The position numbers and the translations under genes are program-made. This document shows, piece after piece, positions 1 to 10,540 of a DNA stretch of 64,000 nt. This stretch comes from Podarcis muralis. Lineage: Eukaryota. The first letter of the stretch is position 1, and every line of letters begins with the position of its first letter. The stretch lies in NCBI RefSeq assembly GCF_964188315.1, contig NC_135657.1, positions 56,854,001 through 56,918,000 of the forward strand, read 5' to 3'. The notes beneath the pieces are model-generated. The model had not been told where the DNA came from and made no database searches. It saw nothing but the letters and a program-made list of their open reading frames with translations.

Positions 1-125
1 TTTCAGATGTACCTTTAAAAGAAACAAGGACATTCATGGGTTCACAAAGTGAGTGCATTTTGGAAAACTGCAATGCTATTGTATCTCTTCAAAATAAACA
101 TAAATAAACTACACAAAATGTACCA

Positions 126-131
126 TTTATT
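126..131 (-). promoter_or_regulatory. Candidate polyadenylation signal AATAAA
   Basis: TTTATT on + gives AATAAA on -, followed on - by the GT/T-rich cattttgtgtagtttattta (120-101). Confidence 0.45.
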
Positions 132-1929
132 AATGTGATTTTGGAATTCAAAGCCATTTTACCACCATTACAGCATGTTATTTCTTGTGTGTTTGTGGTT
201 TGACGCACACACTTCTTTAAAGTTTAGCAAGTTGCCTGAGAACTGTGGACAAGGGGAGCATTGAGCCTGGATATCAAATATCACCACACCCATGTCTATG
301 TTAACTAGTAAAAAGCAATGCTTGGGTCAAAGCTGTTACCACTATGCATTAAAAATTATTCCACAACAGCAATAAAGCACATTGCCAGTGCAGTTCCAAA
401 TATTCACTGTATTTCTCATATAATTAGAAAAGGTTAACTTTTGGGCCTTGTGCCTCAAAGTAATTCAAGGTGTAGCATAGTAATCTCAAAATAGCTTGCT
501 TAAAGTAAGTGTGGCCTTCACCAATAAACAGTGCTTTATAAAATAATCTTTTCTACGGCAATTCAAATGGAAAATGCTTTAACCTTTACATCCAGAAAAA
601 ACCCCACAGAAGGATTACTGGTTTTGTGAAGAACAGCACAGGTTCCAAATGGAAATATTAGTGGACTAAAAATAAAAAAAAGTTTAGATGGATGTCTTAT
701 GGTTTAATATCAAAATGTCAGTGAATAAGTTAATGAATATTTAATTCAAACACTGGTTGCTTTCATTTACAACTAACCTAATGTACATATATGCTCTGTT
801 TTTTTCACATGTGCCCTGAACCGACCTTTTCTCTCTCACAGAGATTAACAAACAAGTATGGTGCTTCCTAAAAGGGTGTCATGGGCTGAAGGCTTTATAA
901 CAGTGATTTCATTCTAAAAAGAAAAAGAAAGAACCATCAAAATAAAATCATTTAAATGAACTCCTTTCCTGAGCAACTTAGAATTTGGAATGTGCTGAAA
1001 AGTCACAATAAATAAGTCAAACGATTAACAAACTTAAAGTGTGCTTTTAAGTCATTTAAAGTAAATTATAAAATCTATTTCATGACAGATAAATGACCTG
1101 TTGTGTTAGGAATCTTAAAAGCTTATGTGCCAAATAAATTTATGAAGTACCTTTCTGGGAGTAGAGGCCAAGTTGCTTTGTACAAAAAATATACAACACT
1201 TAAACCTAGCAAGTAAATTACCCGACAGCCTGTTCTTTTTAACATTGCAAAGTATTCATGAAGAAAAATATTAAATAGAACGATAAAAATAGATTTAAGC
1301 AGCAGTGAAATTGCAGAGAAAGTGAACATGTTAAGTGACCCAGGACTCTAGAGACACGGATAAAATCTGACCTTTTCTTTAAAAAAAAGATAAAAAAGAA
1401 ACCTAATATGTGAATATTAATTTGCTTTTATAAAAAAGAAAAGAAATCCACAGTGTGTAAACTAATCATTACTCTTTAAATGTAATTTCATAGAAACCAC
1501 TTAAAATATACAATGCAGCATCTTGGTTAATTATTATTTACTGTATTTCTTGCTCCCACTGTGTTCCTTCAGAGTAGTGCATTGGAACCACAAAATTAGG
1601 ACATAACTAGCAACAAGATAATTCATCCATGTTGTCATTGAGCCTTAACACAATTATGTTTGTTCAAATCCTGATAGAAGTAGTATAGTAAACAACAGAA
1701 TGCAATAGATAATGGTGATTTACAATATTAGTTGATGCTCACAAGCTCTGAGAAGGGAATTTGAGAGATAAAACACTAGAAAAGAAGTAGAGCTCCTGGT
1801 AAACCAACAAACCAGTTCCATCCTATTTCATCCCAGCTCCCTATCAGAGATGCTGACTGTACTATTCTGGCCAGTACACATTTGAGTATGACAAAGACAA
1901 CAGCAATTCCTTGCTCCTTTGCTTTAAGT

Positions 1930-2033
1930 CAGGCATGGCCAAACTTGGCCCTCCAGATGTTTTGGGACTACAACTCCCATCATCCCTAGCTAACAGGACC
2001 AGTGGTCAGGGATGATGGGAACTGCCATGCCTG
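1930..2033. mobile_element. hAT-type MITE (104 bp, right arm internally deleted) in the putative 3'UTR
   Basis: Ends CAGGCATGGC...GCCATGCCTG. Perfect 8-bp TSD CTTTAAGT (1922-1929 / 2034-2041). Confidence 0.85.
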
Positions 2034-3152
2034 CTTTAAGTTAAAGGAGAACCTGCCCATGCCTAGACAGTTGTTACTGTGAAACGGGGTCAGGGGTTAG
2101 AGTGGAAGACACTCTGTAGGGAATGTAGTAAACTTTCTTCTGTATCTCTTCAATAAATGCATCATGGAATACACCCCAAATGTATTATGTACTATCTTAT
2201 TTTCAACCGTCCAGAAGATGTGAGGCACATTGAACAGAGACTTCTAACTTCAGCAAGAATCTCTCTCAGCTGGAACCGAATCATGCATTTATGACATAGC
2301 ACAAATGTTCTTTGAACTAGAACAGCCCACATTTTTGAAAAGATGCCTGACTATTTGTGTTCCCCTCCTTTAGGGTCTCTGTGTAATAAAAGGACTGGGA
2401 ATAATACACTAAGAAGGATTTCTCCTAAAATCTGAAGTAAAGTTAAGTGCCTTCCCTGCAGCCTAGCTTCCTCTGTGAAACAAACACCAAATTCTGAAAA
2501 CATTTGCCCTCCTAACTTTCATCAATTTCGAAAGGTGTTGAACTTTGATGTACCCATACATTTAACAAGATAAGCTTAATTTCCCCTGCAATTCTACTTG
2601 GTTTGTCAACAATGCCCTTATTAATTTCCATGGGGAAAACATAGCCTAAATAGTATCCAGAGTTAGTGTAGCGGTAATGCATTTCTTTCTTCTTTTAGCA
2701 CAACAGTATTCCCTGTTCAGATGATAATACAAACCCTCCAATACCCTGCTCTTAATTCCAAGTGATCAAATGTGACTGTAAAATATTCGGTATAAATACT
2801 AACAAAGAAAAACAGGTTTTGAGAAAACTGCAGATGACCTATGCTGTGATCTGCATCACTCTGCCAAATAGGTACCATATACAGCAATATTTTACAGTGA
2901 CAATGTACCGTAATTTGTAATGAAATGGCACATTTAAAAGTATGTCCTAGCTACTATGATCCTATGGAGCCAAGGGAAACAAATATAAATTTAAAGAAAT
3001 AGACCCTCTCAAAAAGAGGTCTCACAATCAGTTCATCCTGGGGGAAATGTCTTTTAAATGCTGTTGTGCAGTAACTCACTTCCTTAAGGATTTTTCTTAA
3101 TAGTTTATGAAAAATCTGGATGCTTCAGCCTGTAGAGAAGGTGATGCTTGCA

Positions 3153-3439
3153 TCACCTTCTATAGATATCTTCCAACCACTTTTCATCATCTTGTTCCTC
3201 ATCTTCTGTTACTGGCTCTTCAGTTTCCAAAGGAGAAGGAATGACAAATTCTGGTCTAGGAGAAGAGTTACTATTTGAAGATCGTAGTCCAAACTTGCGC
3301 TTTAATAGATGAAACTGCTCTTTGATGTAGTAGTAAAACTCATATTCATATCTCATGCGCTGGTACAGGATCTGAAGGGATTCTGGAGAAGGGACTGTCT
3401 TTTTCACTGTCACAGTTAGATTGCCGAGTTTCCTATGTT
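3153..3439 (-). CDS. UST: UST terminal coding exon (287 nt incl. TGA): (E)HRKLGNLTVTVKKTVPSPESLQILYQRMRYEYEFY...DEEQDDEKWLEDIYRR*
   Basis: ORF-track 3153..3413 extended to the acceptor ctctcttacag|AAC at 3440-3441. Phase 1 matches the upstream exon. The C-terminus matches UST as recalled. Confidence 0.97.
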
Positions 3440-3496
3440 CTGTAAGAGAGATACATAAAGAAGAATTTGGTCAAATATAGTCTGTTGAAATGTATA

Positions 3497-3929
3497 CCCG
3501 TATATACCCGAGTATAAGCCGACCCGAATATAAGCCGAGGCACCTAATTTTACCACAAAAAACTGGGGAAACTTATTGACTCGAGTATAAGCCGGTTCAC
3601 CACACCACAAACCTCCTGGTGGGTTGGAGTGTGTGCGTGCGCATGCGCACACGGCATAGGGGGCTTCTCTCTCCCCCCCAGCCCCTCCAGTCCCCCTGCC
3701 TACCTAGGGTGCTGCCGAGAGGCAGAGGCTGGTGGCGGCAGTGGAGGAGGAAGAAGGAGCAGCCCGAAAGGGCTGCTTTTGGGTTGCTTGTTCCTCCTCC
3801 TCCGCCAACAACAGCCTCTGCTGCTGGAAATGCGCTCGGGTGGGACCCTCACTCGAGTATAAGCCGAGGGGGGCTTTTTCAGCATTAAAAATGTGCTGAA
3901 AAAGTCGGCTTATACACGAGTATATACAG
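3497..3929. mobile_element. Tc2/pogo-like MITE with GC-rich internal segment
   Basis: ~25-bp TIRs CCGTATATACCCGAGTATAAGCCGA / TCGGCTTATACACGAGTATATACAG, TA flanks, repeated GAGTATAAGCCG subterminal motif. Confidence 0.85.
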
Positions 3930-4094
3930 TAAGTTGTAAAAGCGTTTTATTCATTTTTATTTTTTTTGAATTGCCAAAACTTCCTACCAGTTGCCTTCTC
4001 CTGGTCATAAATGTAGGCTCTCAAAACAAATAGCTAAGTATTCAATAGACTATGGATGCTTTGAAACTGAAATATTGGCTTTGGCTACTGGATA

Positions 4095-4320
4095 TAAGTA
4101 CTTAATTTGTTCTGGAGTTAAGTACTTAATTTGTTCTGGAGGTCGGTTTTTAACCTGAAACTGTTCTTAACCTGAAGCACCACTTTAGCTAATGGGGCCT
4201 CCTGCTGCCGCCGGAGCACGATTTCTGTTCTCATCCTGAAGCAAAGTTCTTAACCCGAGGTACTATTTCTGGGTTAGCGGGGTCTGTAACCTGAAGCGTA
4301 TGTAACCCGAGGTACCACTG
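4095..4320. mobile_element. Tigger-like CAGTGGTACCTC MITE, left TIR missing
   Basis: Homologous to the 13270 copy. Right TIR GAGGTACCACTG plus TA is intact. Confidence 0.85.
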
Positions 4321-5082
4321 TACTGAACCCACTAAGAGGATGAATTGAAGATGGTGGCTTGAAGAATCATTGGAGTGGGAAAGGCTCAAGAGCAGCAGAG
4401 CAGAAATACTGTAGCAGGTGTGCAGGGTTTGTCACTAGGCTTTGTTTGTTGAACTAATAAATGGCTCATTTTAACAGAACTACGGGTGTGACTCCCCTTT
4501 CTTAAGGAAAAGCAGTATGCAGTTTTGTGACATGGATTGTCACTGGATAGAAGAGTCCCACTGAAATCAATCTGAAAAGTTAATAATGATAAGTTAACTG
4601 ATATTAATAGGGACTAAGTGCAACTTACTTAATCTGGATCCAGCCAATAGTGGGAGTTGAGGGGAGATGGGGGAAATGCTGGCCTGGATTTGTTGGCATT
4701 GTCTTGGGAGTCTCTATAGTTTGAGCATGCACTCTTTTTCTTTGAAGGCTGGCAAATTTTAGCAAAAAAGCCTGTATGAAGTGAATTGGGAAATCCTTTC
4801 GATGCGGCAAACTGGACAAAGCTGGCATACACATTGGGGCTTTTCGCCATGTGTGTTTAGCACATAGATTTCTATGTCCAACACCTGAATGTTTTGTGGT
4901 GCAAAGTTGAGAGATGTTATCTGATTTGCCAATGACATTTCCTTTCCTTAAAGGTAACACCACAGAGAAAGGAGGGCATGGGGATCAAGGCTGTGCTTTT
5001 CTCCACACTGTTTCCTCAGTTTAAGTCAAACTGTGCCCCCACCCCTGGATTTACAATAGAGTGGGGGCGTTTGTGATCTGGG

Positions 5083-5262
5083 CAGCGGTGTAGCGTGGGT
5101 TGTCAGCACCCGGGGCAAGGCAAGTAATTTGCGCCCCCTAACCCATGGATTTGCGCCCCCTAACCTGTGGATTTGCGCCCCCTAACCCATGGATTTGCCC
5201 TAACCCCAGATGTTGCGCCCGGTGCGGCCGGCCCCCCCTGCACCCCACACGCTACGCCACTG
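5083..5262. mobile_element. hAT-type MITE (180 bp) with internal 22-bp tandem repeat
   Basis: TIRs CAGCGGTGTAGCGTG / CACGCTACGCCACTG. Perfect 8-bp TSD GATCTGGG (5075-5082 / 5263-5270). Confidence 0.9.
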
Positions 5263-6419
5263 GATCTGGGGGAAAAGGCAAAACTTTTCTTCCTCCAGAG
5301 CTGCAGCTCATTCCAAATTGCACACCAAAGTGACTGGTTTTTTAGAAAAAGACAGGCAATGAGAGATCTGATCATGGATCCACTGTGCCATATCTAGTTT
5401 GGCCCTAGTTTTTTGCCACTGTGTGCAAGATTTTAAAGAAATAGCTTGTGTGGCATGGAAAGAGAGAGGAAACACGATGCCCCCACTGCAATTCTGTTCG
5501 GAATTCCAAACTCCTTTGCTCCCCTGCAATGGGGGGAAAGTTTCCATTGGCAGGCATGAGGTCCAATTCTGATTGGTAAGAGCAAAGGGTTAAAGTCCTT
5601 CCTCCTTCCACATTCTGGATCTGGTTTGCCCCCTTCCCTATTTATTATGCACTACACGTGAATGTCATCAGCTAGTTGGGACCTAAGATTTCCATGGGAG
5701 CCATTTGAGAAATGAACTCTATATGACCATTTCCATGAAGTCTTTCCAATGAGAAGTTTCATTCCATTTTAATTATTAAGGGGCATTTTAGCTCCCTCCC
5801 AATTTTCCTCCAATTCATTCTCAATATTGATACTAATTTTTTAAAATTCCAACCCTCTCTTGAAGAATCAGGAGAACAAACAATATATAGGCAAACCTAT
5901 ATAGTTTATTTTAAGAAAAAGTCAAAACTACACCCCCCTTAAGAAAAAACTCCCTGAACTGTGGGCAACATTCACTTGCCATTAGAGATCTAGTCATACC
6001 TTGTGGCCTTTTTATTTTGTTTACATTACTTTATATTCTCTTAAAAGACTCTTTTAATAAAAATCCAAAGTAACTCACAAATTTGCTCCTCCAAGTTACC
6101 ACCCCCTGCTCCTCATCTATCAAATGCACATAATGGAAAAATTATGCATGGCTGGCTCTGGGCCAGACCAAACACTCGGAAAATGCTGTGTAAACCCAGC
6201 TGTTCCCCTAGAAAAAGGCTGGGCTGGGGGTGGGAGAAGAGAGAAGAACCACATTTTATGACCTTCTAGCCAGTGAGCCATATGGAGGGCAACAAACTGC
6301 ACTATTTACTTTTGGAGATTTTGTTTTACAGTGTTTGCTTTGGCTTTGAGATTACTTAGGGAAAAGTATACTGTAGTACAGTGATCAGGAGGTCCTTAAA
6401 ACCAACTGAAGCACAGTGT

Positions 6420-6458
6420 GTTTGTTTGTTTGTTTGTTTGTTTGTTTGTTTGTTTGTT
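6420..6458. repeat. (GTTT)n microsatellite, ~10 units
   Basis: Read directly from the sequence. Confidence 0.95.
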
Positions 6459-7969
6459 GGAAACCAAGCCAAAAACAGGGGAGTGGGAAAAAATAAATAA
6501 AGCAGGATGGTGACAAACATTTGTCATGCAAAGCCAAACACAAACCTGTTACTAAAGTGCAAAACCGAAAGTTATGCTGTATTATATGCTATATATTTTG
6601 TCAAAAATGCAGCTAACTAAATGAACTTTGTAGAACTTTCCGCAGCATGAAGGACTTTGCTTTAAGATTGGAGTGTCGGTGGGCTTCAATTTTATTTACT
6701 TTAATACCAAAGACATGCAATGGTGTGTGCTGCCATCAGGATAGTTGATCTTATGCATTTATTGGTGCAGTCAGCACTTATGAGATAAAGGGAAGTTGCA
6801 GAAGCCTCACATTTATACAGGATTCCCAGTGTTTATAGATGCTCTACTCTCAAGATGGGCAATCCTGCAATAAACCTGTTTTGAGAGGGCAGAGAAAATG
6901 CAGTCACTGAGCCTCACAGAAAAGCAGAATTATACAAAAAACTTTTGTATAACTGCCTTGCAAGATATCATCAGGAGAAGAAAATACTAAGGAGTAAACC
7001 CTATACAAGTCCAGAATGGATTCCCTAAGACAGTTGGATGTTGCCTCGCATGCCTTCTTCTAGTAACTCCTGCAGCCATGCTGGTGCCAAACGTATTGTT
7101 CTGCTTTGCTTTGGATCACATCAGTGAGGCCAAGATCTTGTTGTCTGGACAGCCCAGGATCTCCATACACACTGCCCAGGCTTATGCCCCAGGGAGGTCA
7201 CTTTGGTGCTGCTAACACAACGGTTTGGCTTCACCCCATCGTCTCTTGAAACAGACACATGCCACCAAAAGAACTTTATGGAAGAAGAGTTTAATTGACA
7301 ATGCATAAATAACTAACTTGTTCAGAATGAATACTGGATATATCTATTCAGTATAAAGAAATTGCTTTGACCTTTCTGGTACATCAAAATTGGTATTCTG
7401 CTACAAAATACTGAATGACATTTTGGATCTGGACAGGTGACTAGTGTTCCTTCAGGCTGCTTCAAAGCTCCAAGACTTCTGCATTGTTGTGGCTAACATA
7501 ATCTGATGTTTTACTTTGGATTTGAAGAACTGAATATCTGGCCTGTTTTATCAGAAATCAAATGGAAGTGGGAATTCTAAAGTTAATTATGCATTCAACC
7601 GTTAAGTAGCTAATTACATCACTAGTTAGAGCTTATCTTCTTCTCTGACAACCTTGACCATAAATTGAATGTGAAACTGAACTCACTGTAACCCATTCCA
7701 ATCTGTGGTGTAATAATGAATAAAATAGATGTTTAAAATACGGTCTTATCTTCAAACAATGCCTGATAGTTTGGATAATATGTTAAGGCATTTCCCAAGA
7801 AGGTAATATACCAATTCATTTAGATTTAAAGAAATGTTCCTTTTTCACATGACTGTGTGAGTTAGAATTGTCTATGTGAAATACCTGAAGATGAAACAAA
7901 TCCCAAAATTAAGGGAGTGTTTTGGAAAACTCTGGGACCTAACCATACTGAGTAAACTGACAAGATTGT

Positions 7970-8220
7970 TCGAGTCAAGTATTTATTAAATTTATATCCC
8001 GGCCATCCTCCCAAAGACATCCAGGACAGCAAACAAGTGATTAAACAATAAAAAATATCTTTAAAATACATACGCAGACTGGTAAAGATCCCCACTTAAA
8101 AGGCTTGATAAAAGAAGAAGGTCTTCAAGCAGGTGCCGAAAATACACAAGAAATGATACCTGTCTAACACGCAAGAACACACTACACTAAAGGGTAGGTG
8201 CCACAACACTACATTGTGCA
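7970..8220 (-). mobile_element. Decayed L2-like LINE 3' end
   Basis: Reverse complement resembles the 3' region of the 8926 L2 copy (gaagaccttcttcttttatcaagccttt) and ends in an AT-rich tail. Confidence 0.4.
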
Positions 8221-8224
8221 GAAC

Positions 8225-8310
8225 CGACCTCCTTATTGTTGGACTACAACTCCTGTGAGTTGTAGTCCCAACAATATCTAACTGGGGACTCAAGGTTGAG
8301 AAAGTCTGAT
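8225..8310. mobile_element. Decayed palindromic hAT-type MITE remnant
   Basis: The ggactacaactc/gagttgtagtcc inverted core is shared with the 1930 MITE. Confidence 0.5.
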
Positions 8311-8436
8311 CTACACAGTAACATTCCATTATGTAATAAAAACAGGAAACAAATATATCAAGCAGTAAAATAAAGACAATTTATCAGGTGGAATTAGCTT
8401 AAAGCAGCAAACCATTGAACATAAGCAGTATGGGTA

Positions 8437-8615
8437 AGGGTTGTCACTTTATGGCAAAGCATGTACTTTGCATGCAGAAGGTCCCCGGTTCAATCTTTGG
8501 CACCTCTCAGTAGGGCTGGAAGAAACACCTGCCTGACACCTTGAGCCACAGCCAACAACTGTTGACAATATTGAGCTACAAAGACCAATGCTACAAAGCA
8601 GCTTCCTACATACCT
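8437..8615 (+). mobile_element. Old tRNA-derived SINE
   Basis: tRNA-Ala-like head (tttgcatgcagaaggtccccggttcaatc, B-box-like) followed by a degenerate body. Confidence 0.55.
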
Positions 8616-8925
8616 AATCTGCAAATACAGTGGCCTGGTTTGCATGCTATTGTAAATGATAGTTAGGCTAAACTATTGTTTGAATGTGAAGGCAAATGTG
8701 CAGCATCCTGGTGCATGCTGCTGAAATCATGGGTGTTTTGCTCCTTCCTCCACTCCTGCCACCTAAAACAAACCTCAGTAGGTTGCCAAAACGAAACCCA
8801 CAAGCCTGGGTTTGGATGTAGCACTAAGCCAGACTATGGCTTACATCTCAGAAGCAAGAAGAGGAGCGTAGGAGCAACATGGCTGTGATTTCAGGCTGCA
8901 TGTTCACATTTAAAAAAGCACTTTA

Positions 8926-9483
8926 GTGCATGCTCTAGTTATCTCTCGCTTGGACTACTGCAATGCGCTCTATGTGGGGCTACCTTTGAAGGTGACCCGG
9001 AAACTACAACTAATCCAGAATGCGGCAGCTAGACTGGTGACTGGGAGCAGCTGCCGAGACCACATAACACCAGTCTTGAAAGACCTACAGTGGCTCCCAA
9101 TACATTTCTGAGCACAATTCAAAGTGTTAGTGCTGACCTGAAAGAGCGTCTCCACCCCCATCGTTCCGCCTGGACACTGAGGTCCGGCTCCAAGGACCTT
9201 CTGGCGGTTCTCTTGCTGTGAGAAACCAAATTACAGGGAACCAGGCAGAGGGCCTTCTCGGTAGTGGCACCCACCCTGTGTAATGCCCTCTCACCAGATG
9301 TCAAAGAGAAAAACAACTACCAGACTTTTAGAAGACATCTGAAGGCAGCCATGTTTAGGGAAACATTTAATGTTTGATGCACTATTGTATTTTAATATTT
9401 TGTTGGAAGCAGCCCAGTGATTGGGGAGGCTCAGCCAGATGGGCAGGGTATAATTAATAAAATAAATAAATAAATAAATAAAA
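8926..9483 (+). mobile_element. 5'-truncated L2-clade LINE (RT C-terminal fragment plus 3'UTR and (TAAA)n tail)
   Basis: Translation [39 protein letters not shown] is typical of L2/CR1-group ORF2. Disrupted by a stop and a deletion. Tandem TAAA tail. Confidence 0.9.
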
Positions 9484-10495
9484 GATTAGCTATCATTTAA
9501 AGTAACATGGATTTGTTTTGCTGCTGGCAAATATATTGGCCCTGAAGATAAACCCAAGTGAACTGAAAAGAAACCTTATATTAGCATTGTAACAGAAAGA
9601 TTACAGCTTGAAGTAAGTTTTAGAAAGCAAAATTACAACTGTATCAAACCAAAAAATTTAGATGGCATATTTCTATAAAATAGTAGTTTATAATATTAAT
9701 AAATAAGTAGGAAAACCCCCCGACAAGTCAGCATTTGTTCAGTTCTTTCACACATAAAAAGCCTCTTGAGACGATCATGGCAGCAGGAGTTAATTTTCAA
9801 CACAGAAACTACAGAATCCCCAAATCTCTTTATAAAGGGCCTGCAATTTCCAGGTCACCAGGGCAAGGCTCCTTCTGCCAGTTTTTTTGTTCAGCATCAC
9901 AATACCATGGCGATGTAAGGCAGGACACCAAATTAATCACATGCTTTTATTTTGTTTTTCTCTTGTAAGTTCAGTGATTAACAGTAACATTACTGACAGT
10001 TACACATTAGGGAAAAAGCTCCCATTTCCCCTTCACTCAAGTTTGAACATTTCACAGCACTTATTATATATACTAAGTCTGAGGGTGGTCAAAGGCTGGG
10101 GACATCTGGCATTTGAAAAAGGAAAGGAGACAGACAGACAAAAGAATATCAGAATGGGAAATGAAACACTGTCTCTTTAAAGTACACTGCTTTTGACACG
10201 GAGCCTGACTGTTCTGGCCAACAGCCAGTAAGTTAGAATAAAGGCTTTCCTCAACCCAACCCTACAGGGAAAGAGTATCTACTGCTAAAAACTAAGGCGT
10301 GCTTCAGAAAAGTAAAGCAAGCAAACAAAATGAAAAGAGGTGGGGGGCGGGGAGATCCCAAAGTTTCAAAATTCCCAAGTGAACTCAATGCAGCTTTTTC
10401 CCAGGCTTCCTATGTCTTTTGGAAAGGGAACCCTTGGCTCCATTCCTCACCTAGACTAAGATGAAATAGGGAAAAGAGGATGGTGATGGGGTGTG

Positions 10496-10540
10496 TATGA
10501 GAGAGAGGGGGGGGGGAGAGAGAGGGAGAGAGGGAGAGAT
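10496..10540. repeat. Imperfect (GA)n/poly-G purine tract
   Basis: Read directly from the sequence. Confidence 0.8.

Larger units (their letters stand above)
110..3152 (-). other. UST: Putative ~3 kb AT-rich 3'UTR of UST
   Basis: Follows the stop codon, with a candidate poly(A) signal at 126-131. The extent is inferred; no transcript data. Confidence 0.5.

Noticed and set aside
5125-5210. Interstitial telomere
   Set aside because: CCCTAA occurs once per 22-bp unit inside a MITE, not as tandem (TTAGGG)n.
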